A DNA stretch of 64,000 nucleotides from Candidatus Hermodarchaeota archaeon. GTDB lineage: Archaea > Asgardarchaeota > Lokiarchaeia > Sigyniarchaeales > SOKP01. Below are positions 9,492-19,368 of this stretch, piece after piece. Where the stretch lies: contig JBHLLG010000004.1 in the NCBI GenBank assembly GCA_048885925.1, positions 1-64,000 on the forward strand. Reading direction: 5' to 3'. The stretch's first letter is position 1. Each line of letters begins with the position of its first letter. A program made the position numbers and the translations under genes. The notes under the pieces are model-generated. The model was given only the letters and a program-made list of their open reading frames with translations. It did no database searches and was not told the DNA's origin.

Positions 9492-10949
9492 TCATTGAGA
9501 CTTTTTATTTAAAAAATTGATTTTATGAGATTTTAAAAATTCTAAATAATCACACAAATGAGAGATGCTTTTTGCTGCATCCCTTAATGAAAGGAAATAT
9601 AATACTCTTTTCTTGTGTAGAAGATTTTTAGCAGAGTTAAATTTCTTTGCTAGAATAGCATCATCGGCAATATTTGGTACACAAAATGCAAAAGGTTTTG
9701 ATATTAAACTAAAAATTTTAATCATTCTATTAAAAACATAGCGATAAATATGTTCAGACCACAAAGGAATCATAACTATATCAATATTGGGATCAGTAGC
9801 AACAATATTTATACATTTAGTAAAGATATCTAAAATGAAACCCGATGCGCCCAAATCAATAGGATTTTTAATATTCACATTTACTTCTGGCAGAATTTCA
9901 GCAATTTTGGATTGTGATTCAAAAGAAAGTTCTGGTACAGAAAGATTTTGAGAAGCAAATAAATCAGTCATATTAACAGAAGCTCCACCTCCCGGAGTAA
10001 CAATTCCAACATTACGTCCTTTTGGAATATTATTTGGATATAATAATTCAAATGTTTTAATTGTATTCCAAAACTCTTCATTGTCTTTAACTAAAATAGC
10101 TCCTGTCTGTTTATGTATTGTGTTCCATAATTTAATATTGGAAGCAATTGCTCCAGTGTGCGAGAAAGCTGCTCGAGAACCATCTTGGGTATATCCACCC
10201 TTCCATATTATTATAGGTTTGATTTTAGAAATATTTTTTAATTCTAAGAAAAATTCATAAAGAGATGCGGAGCCAGATGATTCTAAATAGGCAGCAATAA
10301 GAGTCGTCTTTGAATCTCGACCATAAAATCTTAAAAAATCTATGCAATTTAAATCAATTTGATTACCAAAACTAACTCCGTAACGGAACCTAATATCACG
10401 TTTGAATCCCACATCAATTAATTGTGTAAGGTGTCCTCCTGATTGAGACATAAAAGAGACCGACCCTGGGTTTCCTCTTTGAGATGTGTATATAAAAGCC
10501 ATGCCAATTTCAGCGTTAAATGGTCCCAAACAATTAGGTCCAATTATTCTTGTTTTTGAATTTTTTATTATTTCTTTTAATTTATGTTCTAAGTAGAGTC
10601 CATTTGGATTACCTGTTTCAGAAAATCCTGATGCAAAAATAATCACCCATTTAATTCCTTTTTCCACGCATTCTTTTACAATTTTCGGGATGAATTTTGT
10701 TTTCAGAGATATATATGCAGTATCTATTGGAAAAGGAACATCTAATACAGAAGGAAAACATTCCCAATTTAGAATTTTATCGTGTTTAGGATTTATTGGA
10801 TAGAAAGTATCTGACCACTTAGATTCTTTGAAGGCACTTAAGTACATCATTGACCCTAGAGTTGAGTTCTCTGAAGCACCTATAAATGCAATATGTTTAG
10901 GATAAAATAAAGAGCTAAAATCTTCAAAATCTTTTTGATCGTTGAACAT
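9492..10949 (-). CDS. ADP-forming acyl/acetyl-CoA synthetase alpha subunit
   Basis: CoA-binding domain (IAFIGAS, GFSE, RIIGPNCLG), SQSGG, GNQID, phospho-His motif SHTGAIA, NPIDL. Confidence 0.85.
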   Translation of the reverse strand: MFNDQKDFEDFSSLFYPKHIAFIGASENSTLGSMMYLSAFKESKWSDTFYPINPKHDKILNWECFPSVLDVPFPIDTAYISLKTKFIPKIVKECVEKGIKWVIIFASGFSETGNPNGLYLEHKLKEIIKNSKTRIIGPNCLGPFNAEIGMAFIYTSQRGNPGSVSFMSQSGGHLTQLIDVGFKRDIRFRYGVSFGNQIDLNCIDFLRFYGRDSKTTLIAAYLESSGSASLYEFFLELKNISKIKPIIIWKGGYTQDGSRAAFSHTGAIASNIKLWNTIHKQTGAILVKDNEEFWNTIKTFELLYPNNIPKGRNVGIVTPGGGASVNMTDLFASQNLSVPELSFESQSKIAEILPEVNVNIKNPIDLGASGFILDIFTKCINIVATDPNIDIVMIPLWSEHIYRYVFNRMIKIFSLISKPFAFCVPNIADDAILAKKFNSAKNLLHKKRVLYFLSLRDAAKSISHLCDYLEFLKSHKINFLNKKSQ

Positions 10950-11132
10950 TAACTAATTAAATTTAAATATTTTTTAATAATTTTCTGAAAGTCAATTATA
11001 GGAATCAAATATCAATAAAATGAATTGTAATTATTAAAGCTTTGAAAAAACCAAATTTTTAATTCAATTTAAAATTAGAGTACACATAATTATAATGATT
11101 TGTCTTTAGAGAAAAAAATAAAACATATATAA

Positions 11133-12599
11133 TTGTTAAAAATGACACGTCCAAGTCCTTTAGAAGTATATGCCCTTTTAGATAAAAGCAATTGTAAAGA
11201 TTGCGGTTATGACACATGTATGGCATTCGCTACTGACATTTTGGAAAGAAAAGTCAAAGTGCAAGATTGTACTCATTTAATGAAAGATCCTAAACAATTA
11301 AAAAATCAAGAAAAGCTAATTAAACTTATAACCCCTCCACAAAAATCTGTTATTATTGGAGTAGGAAATCGGGCTGTAACAATTGGAGGGGAGGAAGTTT
11401 TAATGCGACATCAACTTACTTTTTATAATCAAACAGCAATTTTTATGGAAATAGCTGATGATGATGCAGATTTAGAAGAAATTGTAAAATATCTAACAAA
11501 TCTTAAAATTGAAAGAATTGGAGATGTCCTTACACTGGATGGGATTGCTCTAAGAAATGTGTCAGGAGATGCAAATCAATTTAAATTAGCTGCAAAGAAA
11601 ATAGTTGAACTTTCAGATCTTCCAATAATGTTATGCAGTCTGAATGCTGAAATTTTATTAGCTGGTGCTGGAGAAATTAAAGCTAAAAAACCCTTACTCT
11701 ACGCAGTCACAAAAAATACATGGGAACAGATTGGAAAATTTGCAATACATAATAATTTACCTGTTGTCATTCTTTCTAGCAATTTAGATGAATTAGCGTC
11801 GTTAAGTGCAACTTTACAAAAGTTTGGTGTGAAAGAAATAGTATTAGATTTAGGAACATACTTTGGATCTGGTAATCTTTCGATTACCTATGATAATATA
11901 ATGCAATTAAGAACAGCAGCAATAAATAAGCAAGATCCAAATATGTGTTGGCCAGTTATGGGCGTTCCTGCGGCTTATTGGAGTCAAGTTAAGATAGGGG
12001 AAGATAAAGAGCTGTGGGAACACCAATATCAAGAAGTAATAATGGGAGCCATCATGGAATCTATAGATACTAATTTAATAGTACTCCATACAGGACAGAA
12101 ACAGGAAGAGATTTGGGCTCTTTTGGCTTTAATGACGTTAAGACAAAGTGTATTTTCAGATCCTAGAATCTATCCTGCTGTTGATCCTGGAATTTACAAA
12201 ATTGGAGAACCTGATGAGATGGCTCCAATATTCGTCACTAGTAATTATCGAATGACTAAAATCCCTGTTGAGCAAGATCTACAAGGCGCAAATTTGAATT
12301 GCTGGCTTTTGGTTGTTAATACAGAGGGGATAGGAATTGAAAGCGCAGTTGCAGGTGGTCAATTTAATGCTGGTGGGATTGCAGAAGCAGTAAAAGAATT
12401 TGGAGCTTTTGATAAAGTCAAGCATCGAATTTTAGTTATTCCAGGTATGGCAGCTCGTTTAAGTGGAGCTTTAGAGGATGAAGCTGATGCGTTTGTCGTA
12501 GTTGGTCCACGAGATAGTTCTGGTATCCCAAAATTTATGGAAAGTCAATGGAAACCAAAAGATTTCATGAAAGAATATGAATCTTGGAAAAAGGAATAA
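11133..12599 (+). CDS. cdhE: acetyl-CoA decarbonylase/synthase gamma subunit (corrinoid Fe-S protein, large subunit)
   Basis: N-terminal NCKDCGYDTCMAFA...C Fe-S motif, GGEEVL.RH, C-terminal PIFVTSNY, IPGMAARLSG, VGPRDSSGIP. Confidence 0.9.
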   Translation: MLKMTRPSPLEVYALLDKSNCKDCGYDTCMAFATDILERKVKVQDCTHLMKDPKQLKNQEKLIKLITPPQKSVIIGVGNRAVTIGGEEVLMRHQLTFYNQTAIFMEIADDDADLEEIVKYLTNLKIERIGDVLTLDGIALRNVSGDANQFKLAAKKIVELSDLPIMLCSLNAEILLAGAGEIKAKKPLLYAVTKNTWEQIGKFAIHNNLPVVILSSNLDELASLSATLQKFGVKEIVLDLGTYFGSGNLSITYDNIMQLRTAAINKQDPNMCWPVMGVPAAYWSQVKIGEDKELWEHQYQEVIMGAIMESIDTNLIVLHTGQKQEEIWALLALMTLRQSVFSDPRIYPAVDPGIYKIGEPDEMAPIFVTSNYRMTKIPVEQDLQGANLNCWLLVVNTEGIGIESAVAGGQFNAGGIAEAVKEFGAFDKVKHRILVIPGMAARLSGALEDEADAFVVVGPRDSSGIPKFMESQWKPKDFMKEYESWKKE

Positions 12600-12641
12600 A
12601 ATTTCACTTTTTTCTCTTTTTTTTAAAAATTAAATTCGATA

Positions 12642-13304
12642 TTAAAATAAGGAATATATTATATCAATAGTTAAATCCCTAACTGAATTTATAATTCGAG
12701 TTTTTCCTACTTTTATTTCAAATAATTGCTCAGTTGTATGGTGTCCTGTTAATACTCCAATAAATGGACACTTTAAATTATTTGAAAGCAAAACATCTTT
12801 AGGATGATCTCCTATAACTACTATTTTATAACCAGGATATTTTTCCTTCAAAATTGATTTCAATTTCGGGTCAAGTTTTCCCAATTCTTTTGTATCCTCT
12901 GTTTCTCCTATAATAAAGTCAAAATAATTCTGAATCTCTAATAATTCCATTATTTTTTCTGCCATTTCTTGTTTTTTTGAGGTGATAATACCCATAATAA
13001 AAGATAACTTCCTTAATTCCTTTAACTTTGACTTAATCCCTGGTAAAAGGTTTGCTTGATAAATCCCTTTTCTTCCATAATATTCTCTAAAAGCAGAAGA
13101 CAGATCTGAGGGATCTTGGTTAGAGATTTTAGCGAACATATCATTTAAAGGAGTTCCGATCATACTTTCAATTTCAGATCTCTGCAATTTAGGTAAATTA
13201 AACTTATCTAAGGCATAATTAAATGAACCCACAATACCTTCACTATTATTTATTAAAGTATTATCTAAATCGAAGCTTAAAATTATTTTTTCTCTTTTCT
13301 CCAT
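12642..13304 (-). CDS. HAD-family phosphatase (phosphoglycolate phosphatase-like)
   Basis: FDLDNTL motif I, ITSK motif II, IGDHPKD motif IV. Confidence 0.85.
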   Translation of the reverse strand: MEKREKIILSFDLDNTLINNSEGIVGSFNYALDKFNLPKLQRSEIESMIGTPLNDMFAKISNQDPSDLSSAFREYYGRKGIYQANLLPGIKSKLKELRKLSFIMGIITSKKQEMAEKIMELLEIQNYFDFIIGETEDTKELGKLDPKLKSILKEKYPGYKIVVIGDHPKDVLLSNNLKCPFIGVLTGHHTTEQLFEIKVGKTRIINSVRDLTIDIIYSLF

Positions 13305-13398
13305 GAGTTTAATCTTATTAAGTTTAATAAATAATAAAATGAAAATTAAAGAAAAAGTATTTTATTAAAATTTACAAAATAAGAACTTACTTTAGGTG

Positions 13399-14634
13399 TT
13401 AAGTCATATATATCGTTAGTAGAGGGTCCCCAAACATTTTCATTCCATATACTTCTTCCCAATGATTAAATGGGATAATTTCTGGACCAGAAAACCAATC
13501 TTTAAACGCTTCTCCGAAAATTTTTCCATCGTTTAATGAATCATAAAAAGGTTCATATAGACACATCCCTCCTGATCTCGAACATCCTATTACATTTAAT
13601 GTTTGACCACTAAAAAGGTAATGGGTTGCTATATTATTCTTTATCATGAGATTGGCTGAGAAACAGGAATATAAATTAAAAAATAGAGGCTGTGGTCCAT
13701 TATTATATATATTATGGTATGTCAAGATTCCATCATAAGGATTAGGTTGATAAGGAGAAGTGGTTATGCCAAATTGTTGTTCAGTTCCATTAGAATGAGC
13801 CAATACATGAACAAGTTCATAATTAGTAAAAGCAGGATGCGTAACGTCTGATATATTTGAAAGAAAATATGTTGCATTCGTAAAATCATTACCGTAATAA
13901 TAATAATCTGATTCACAAGTGAGATTAGTTCCAGTATAAGCAGTGAAAGCACCAATCCATTCACTAGTCCAAGGTGCCCATTCATCATCAATATAAAGTA
14001 ATGCCTTATGGGGACGATAGGTAAGACCAACTCTTAAATTATGAGTTCTATTAAAAAAATTATTTAGTGCCGTAATAGGATTAAATCCAATTTCAGATAT
14101 AGTATATGGACTGATTCGGGCTACCCAGATTTCTGGAAGTGCGTCAGCTGTACCATTATTATGTTCAACATGATTATCTGTTGCTCCAACATCATAATAA
14201 CCATTTAAATTAACATCTGACCAATATCCATCTAAATCCATTAGATAGTAGTCGCATGAGAATTGTCGGTACATAGACCAAGCGGAATCATAGTATTGTG
14301 CTTTAGCATAGGGAAGCTCTCCTATTAAGACAGCTCCTTCTAAACCATTAGAATAAGCTTCTATCAAGTGATTTTTAAGTTGAGTTACATTATTAATAGA
14401 CCAATTAAATACAGCCACAGTATATCCTTGAGCAATAATATCTTGTTCATATTGATTGATATTAGAAGATAAGCTACTGTAAATTGAGGAATTGACATAG
14501 ATATGTATTTGAATTGATCCATCACCATTATCAGTATCTCTTCCTCCAAAATCGATTAAAGTAAATGGAATGGTTACTCCAATGAATATAACACATATAG
14601 CGATTATAATAAGAATTTTGTTAATTTTTTTCAT
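13399..14634 (-). CDS. secreted or membrane-anchored C25 (gingipain-like, clan CD) peptidase-like protein
   Basis: N-terminal signal/TM segment, LIGELP, DYYLMDLDG, PEIWVARI, putative catalytic His (AHSNG) and Cys (YSC), C-terminal FGDP. Confidence 0.6.
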   Translation of the reverse strand: MKKINKILIIIAICVIFIGVTIPFTLIDFGGRDTDNGDGSIQIHIYVNSSIYSSLSSNINQYEQDIIAQGYTVAVFNWSINNVTQLKNHLIEAYSNGLEGAVLIGELPYAKAQYYDSAWSMYRQFSCDYYLMDLDGYWSDVNLNGYYDVGATDNHVEHNNGTADALPEIWVARISPYTISEIGFNPITALNNFFNRTHNLRVGLTYRPHKALLYIDDEWAPWTSEWIGAFTAYTGTNLTCESDYYYYGNDFTNATYFLSNISDVTHPAFTNYELVHVLAHSNGTEQQFGITTSPYQPNPYDGILTYHNIYNNGPQPLFFNLYSCFSANLMIKNNIATHYLFSGQTLNVIGCSRSGGMCLYEPFYDSLNDGKIFGEAFKDWFSGPEIIPFNHWEEVYGMKMFGDPLLTIYMT

Positions 14635-14788
14635 AGTTACTCTCTTTTTAAGCTTCTAATTATAGATTTTTTACATTTTAAAAGATGTAAGATAATTCAA
14701 AAATAAATATTTAATATTAACATGGGGTATTATATTAAATACTTAAGCTTTATAAATCGTCCAACTAATACTATACAAAAATGTAGAC

Positions 14789-16441
14789 TTATTTTATTTT
14801 AAATCCTTTGAAGAGTTTTAAAAGATACATTATTTCTTCAGAGGATTCAATCAATCTCCTTAAATCAATCGGAAAATTAACTAACTCGACTTCTTTTCCT
14901 TCAGATACGCTTTCAATCATGATTTTAATAATTTCTTTGTATTTTTTAACTGTAATTCCTTCAGATTCAATTTCAGAGATAACTTTCCAGGCTTTATCTA
15001 GTTTACCATTTAAAATACAAGAAATTGAGGCTAAAACATAACTAAGTACTATGTGAGAATAACCTATCTTCTTTAGATTTGCTGCTCTATAATAATATCG
15101 ATAAAGATTATTAACCATTTCTCTTAGAAGAAAATCTTTTGCTGTATCAAGTTGTTCATAAAATTTTATACTCTCTAAAATAAGAGTAGCTGCAGTATAG
15201 AATTGCTTGTTCTTTAACCCTTCTTCTGCAATTTTATGCAAACCCCTAATAATTTGATTAAAAATGCCAAATCTATTAAATTCTAAGCTCCCCTCAACAG
15301 CAACATCATAAGCATTTAAATAGCTCTCTGTAGATTCGTTTATAGTCTCAACTTTCCAAAAATTATCTCCTGCTTTTACAAAATGTTTGTATGCCATTTC
15401 AAAATTACCTAACTCTTTAAAGATATTTGCTCCATCAAAAAAATTAATTGCTGCTTCATTAAAATCCTCAGTTTTTTCTGAGAAATTACCTCCTAAAATA
15501 AAGCATGAGGCACACTCAATTAGGTTATTTTGAATTTCTTGATAGCATAAAGCAGCACCTCGATAATATCGAGCAATTTTTTGATAATTTTCTTTTTTCC
15601 TTTCAATTGTTTCTGCTAAATCAATATATGCTCCAGCTTCTTTTTTAGAGAAATTTGTAAATTGATCTTGTTTATCTATAATCTTGTATAGATTTTTTAA
15701 AATCTGATAGAATTGAGCTAGAGTTAAATTATCATTCAATTCTTCATATTTTGTAGCTAGATTAGAGAAGAAATCTATTCCATCTAAAATTATATCTTGT
15801 GATTTGTCATATTCATCGATTTCTTCATAACAAGATCCGATTTGTTGATAAGAGAAAGAGAGCATATCATAATAATCATGAATTTTGGATATTTTAATGA
15901 CATTCTCATAAAATTTTATTGCATTCTTAAAATCAGATAATTTTAGAAACAATTCTGCAATATTTTGATAATTTTGAGCTAATTTTCGAGTTTCATTGAA
16001 TTCTTTTAAAAGCTCACATTCCTGTTTTAAGAATTTTATACTATTTAAGATATTTTTTCTCTCAGATTGAAAAAGTCCAAATTTATCAAGATAAATGTCA
16101 GCAATTCTCAAGTATAGCTCAGCAATTTCATGTAACTTCGCTTGAAGTTTATAATCAACTATTAATTTTTTATAAAGTTCTATTATTTTCTTATATATAT
16201 TTAGTGCTTCCGAGAAATCAAAATTTTCAACAATCTCTGCTACAGAAAAAAGAAACTCACCCGCTTCAAAAAATTCCCCAGATTGAGCAATTTCATTAGA
16301 AAAATTAATTGAAATTAAAACCATTTCTTTTATAGTTTCATTTCTTTCTATTGGATCTTTAATTAAACTAATTTTAGATTCATATTTCCTTATCTTGTCT
16401 AAAAATTCAGTATAATCAATGAATTCATCTTCTTCAATAAT
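14789..16441 (-). CDS. TPR/SNAP-like helical repeat protein (probable ATT start at 16441; ORF track starts at ATG 16324)
   Basis: Repeated A..Y..AA..Y helices resembling alpha-SNAP/TPR. The frame is open 39 codons upstream of the ATG, and GAGGAG lies 8 nt before the ATT. Confidence 0.6.
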   Translation of the reverse strand: MIEEDEFIDYTEFLDKIRKYESKISLIKDPIERNETIKEMVLISINFSNEIAQSGEFFEAGEFLFSVAEIVENFDFSEALNIYKKIIELYKKLIVDYKLQAKLHEIAELYLRIADIYLDKFGLFQSERKNILNSIKFLKQECELLKEFNETRKLAQNYQNIAELFLKLSDFKNAIKFYENVIKISKIHDYYDMLSFSYQQIGSCYEEIDEYDKSQDIILDGIDFFSNLATKYEELNDNLTLAQFYQILKNLYKIIDKQDQFTNFSKKEAGAYIDLAETIERKKENYQKIARYYRGAALCYQEIQNNLIECASCFILGGNFSEKTEDFNEAAINFFDGANIFKELGNFEMAYKHFVKAGDNFWKVETINESTESYLNAYDVAVEGSLEFNRFGIFNQIIRGLHKIAEEGLKNKQFYTAATLILESIKFYEQLDTAKDFLLREMVNNLYRYYYRAANLKKIGYSHIVLSYVLASISCILNGKLDKAWKVISEIESEGITVKKYKEIIKIMIESVSEGKEVELVNFPIDLRRLIESSEEIMYLLKLFKGFKIK

Positions 16442-16674
16442 TTTTATATCTCCTCTAAACGTGAAGCCTATATATTGAAATTAATTTAAAAATAAAAAAA
16501 ATTGCATTTTTCTTGAAACTAAAAAAATTAGTTTAATTCTGTCTATTAGAAAATTGTAGACAGAATAACTTTAGTTTACATAAAAGACTCCTCAAAAAAA
16601 AAGAATTCATAGCTTACATAAACGAATAAATCTAAAGAAATAACATTAAATATAATAATGATCATATAATAAGT

Positions 16675-16884
16675 ATGAAGCAAACTTCAGAATTGTTAGA
16701 TATTGGAGTGTATGAAACATTTACTCCGGATAAAACTATGACAGTTGCTGATTTATTACATGAACTCAATCTTGAAGATAAATATTTTGGAATTCTAGTA
16801 AATGGTAAAAAGGCTACACCAGAAACGAGAATTGGCAAAGAAGATGAGATTATAATACTGCCGCATATAGCAGGTGGATTTTAA
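16675..16884 (+). CDS. MoaD/ThiS/SAMP-like ubiquitin-fold sulfur carrier
   Basis: TVADLL..L, ILVNG, DEIIILPHIAGG followed by one extra F. Confidence 0.8.
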   Translation: MKQTSELLDIGVYETFTPDKTMTVADLLHELNLEDKYFGILVNGKKATPETRIGKEDEIIILPHIAGGF

Positions 16885-16944
16885 CAAACAAAGAATTAAT
16901 TATTTTATTTTCTACTTCTCAAAAATCTATTTATTTAATCTCAA

Positions 16945-17925
16945 TTACTTAAGATCAATTTTGAGCAAGTCTTCTGCTAATATTGTGTTAGGAAAAATTG
17001 TTTTAGCTTCTTCTAGTAATTTCAAGGCATCATCTTGATATCTTGCTGAGATATGTGTCAATATCAATTTTTTTGCATTCATTTTTTTAGCATCTAGGGC
17101 AGCATCGACAGACGTGGAATGCTTCTTCTCTTCAGCAATTTCTGAGAGGCTTTTAGCAAATGTGGCCTCATGAATTAATATATCTGAATCCTTTCCTAAT
17201 TGAATCAAAGATTCACTTGGAGCCAAATCAGCGGAATAAGTAATTTTTCGTCCGGGTCGTGAAGGACCAACAATACCTTCTTTAAATGGATCTATAGTTT
17301 TTCCATCAATTTTAACAACCTGTCCTTCTTGAAGTTTTTTCCAAAGATTACTTTCAGGAATACCTAATTTTCTCGCATTTTCAGGATTGAATTTCCCATA
17401 ACGAGGTTTTTCAATAAAGCTATATGCGTAAGTAATTACAGAATGTTCCACTAAAGTATATTTGACTGAATAATATTTTGATTCAAATACAATATTATCA
17501 TCTATCTTAAGAGTTCTTTTTGGAGTATCCGAGTCTAGTCCTTCATACTCAATTAATTCTTTTTGTTGGTGATCTATTTCAACAATTTTAATAGTATAAT
17601 TAGCTTTTAAGCCAAGAATTTTTTTGTGAAGAAGTAAATAAAGAAAAAGATTTGGAGGTCCAAAGATCATCATTGGAGCTGTTCTATCATTTAAGCTTAA
17701 CCTAAATAGAAAACCTGGTAATCCAATAATATGGTCGCCATGAAAATGAGTTATAAAGATCTTCATTGATTTGTTAAATTTTAAACCTGCTTCTGCAAAA
17801 TTACGTTGAAAATCTTCACCGCAATCAAATAAAATAATTTGGTTTTTATATTTAATTGCAATTGACGATAAATTGCGATTTTTAACAGGAGTTGCCGCAG
17901 CACTTCCTAAAATAATTAATTGCAT
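16945..17925 (-). CDS. rnz: ribonuclease Z
   Basis: DCGE, THFHGDH, exosite arm, HEAT, HST, LTHISARY. Confidence 0.95.
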   Translation of the reverse strand: MQLIILGSAAATPVKNRNLSSIAIKYKNQIILFDCGEDFQRNFAEAGLKFNKSMKIFITHFHGDHIIGLPGFLFRLSLNDRTAPMMIFGPPNLFLYLLLHKKILGLKANYTIKIVEIDHQQKELIEYEGLDSDTPKRTLKIDDNIVFESKYYSVKYTLVEHSVITYAYSFIEKPRYGKFNPENARKLGIPESNLWKKLQEGQVVKIDGKTIDPFKEGIVGPSRPGRKITYSADLAPSESLIQLGKDSDILIHEATFAKSLSEIAEEKKHSTSVDAALDAKKMNAKKLILTHISARYQDDALKLLEEAKTIFPNTILAEDLLKIDLK

Positions 17926-17932
17926 AATAAGT

Positions 17933-19255
17933 TTAGCTTTTTTTTCTTAACTGAGAAATCTCTATCCGCTGTTCAATATTTTCTTTTTTTAATTCATCAA
18001 CCATATTTTTAAGTTCTCCTAATCGAAGTTTTAAGTTTGAATCTTCTTTTCTTGGTTGGATTTGTGGTTGAATATTAAAGCTATCATACTGACTTTGCAT
18101 TTCTTCAATTTTTCGATCTTTTAATCTTACTTGATTCTCTAATTGTCTGTATCTTGTTTTTATTTGTACTGCCTCATTTTTAATTGTTTCAATTTCTGCT
18201 TCCTTTGTTTCAAGTTGCTTTTGAAGAAACATTGCCATTTCTCTTTGCATCTTTAAATTACCTTCTAACTCTTTCTGGGTTTTATTTGATGGAGGTTTAC
18301 TCTCTCCTTGATATTTTTTAAGTTCTTCTTGAAGCGATTTAATTTGTATTTTTGCTTTATTTAATTTATTTTGGAGATCTTCTTTTAATTCTTTCATAAT
18401 TTGACCAGATTGGGGATTTCCTTGTTCAATTTCTGCTGTAATTTCAGTTTTTTGAAATATAATAACATCGTCTTTTAATTTTTTAATTTCATTGTCTTTT
18501 TTTTCAATTTGATTCTTAAGATCGTCTAATTCTTTTGTTAAATCTTTAATTTTTGATGGTTCGATATTCTTCAATTCCTTTTTATCTTTTTTTTCGAATT
18601 TTATTAACTTCTGCTTTAAATCATTTGCTTGTATTTTAGATTTATGTAATTCTTTTTGAAGATCTTCAATTAATTTTTTAGTAATAGATTCACCACTTTT
18701 ATCTTCAGATGAAGAACTAAGGTCTTTTAATTTTTGATTTAATCCTGAGATTTCAAACTTTAAAATTTCAATTTTTTCATCTTTATCTTTTAATTTTTCT
18801 ATAATATCTCCACTATTAGCATTCTCAGATTTCAACTTATTAATTAATGATTGTTGCTTGTTTATTTTGTCCTGTAATTCTTTTACTAAGGCATTAAGTG
18901 GTGGTGGACTTCTCAAGTCCTCAACTCTAATTACAGATGATTCACTCATATTAGACTTTATTCGTTGTAATTCTTGTTGTAGTTGAACTTTTTCTTTTCT
19001 TAAAAAACCCATGCTATTCTTTAGTTCTCTAATTTTTTTATCTTTTTCATCGAGTTGAATCGCCATTTTTGAATCAAAAGCTTGCTGTTTTTTACTCTTC
19101 TTTTTATGATCTTCTTCTGGAATAAGAGCTTCTAATCTCATTATAGTTTCTTCATATTCTTCAATTCTATCAAGGAGATCATTAATTTCTCTATTTTTTC
19201 TTTCTAGTTCTTCCTCTAATACTCGTATCCGTGCTTTTAATGCATCTTCAGTCAT
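17933..19255 (-). CDS. long coiled-coil protein
   Basis: Continuous K/E/Q/L heptad-rich sequence with short Pro/Ser linkers. Confidence 0.7.
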   Translation of the reverse strand: MTEDALKARIRVLEEELERKNREINDLLDRIEEYEETIMRLEALIPEEDHKKKSKKQQAFDSKMAIQLDEKDKKIRELKNSMGFLRKEKVQLQQELQRIKSNMSESSVIRVEDLRSPPPLNALVKELQDKINKQQSLINKLKSENANSGDIIEKLKDKDEKIEILKFEISGLNQKLKDLSSSSEDKSGESITKKLIEDLQKELHKSKIQANDLKQKLIKFEKKDKKELKNIEPSKIKDLTKELDDLKNQIEKKDNEIKKLKDDVIIFQKTEITAEIEQGNPQSGQIMKELKEDLQNKLNKAKIQIKSLQEELKKYQGESKPPSNKTQKELEGNLKMQREMAMFLQKQLETKEAEIETIKNEAVQIKTRYRQLENQVRLKDRKIEEMQSQYDSFNIQPQIQPRKEDSNLKLRLGELKNMVDELKKENIEQRIEISQLRKKS

Positions 19256-19368
19256 AATATAAAATCACCTTTTTACTAGAGACTAATTTATTAATACAAA
19301 TTTAGAAATTAAAATTTAACTCATTAATTTGATTCTATCATAGTATTATTAGGGAAAAAAAGAAAGAA

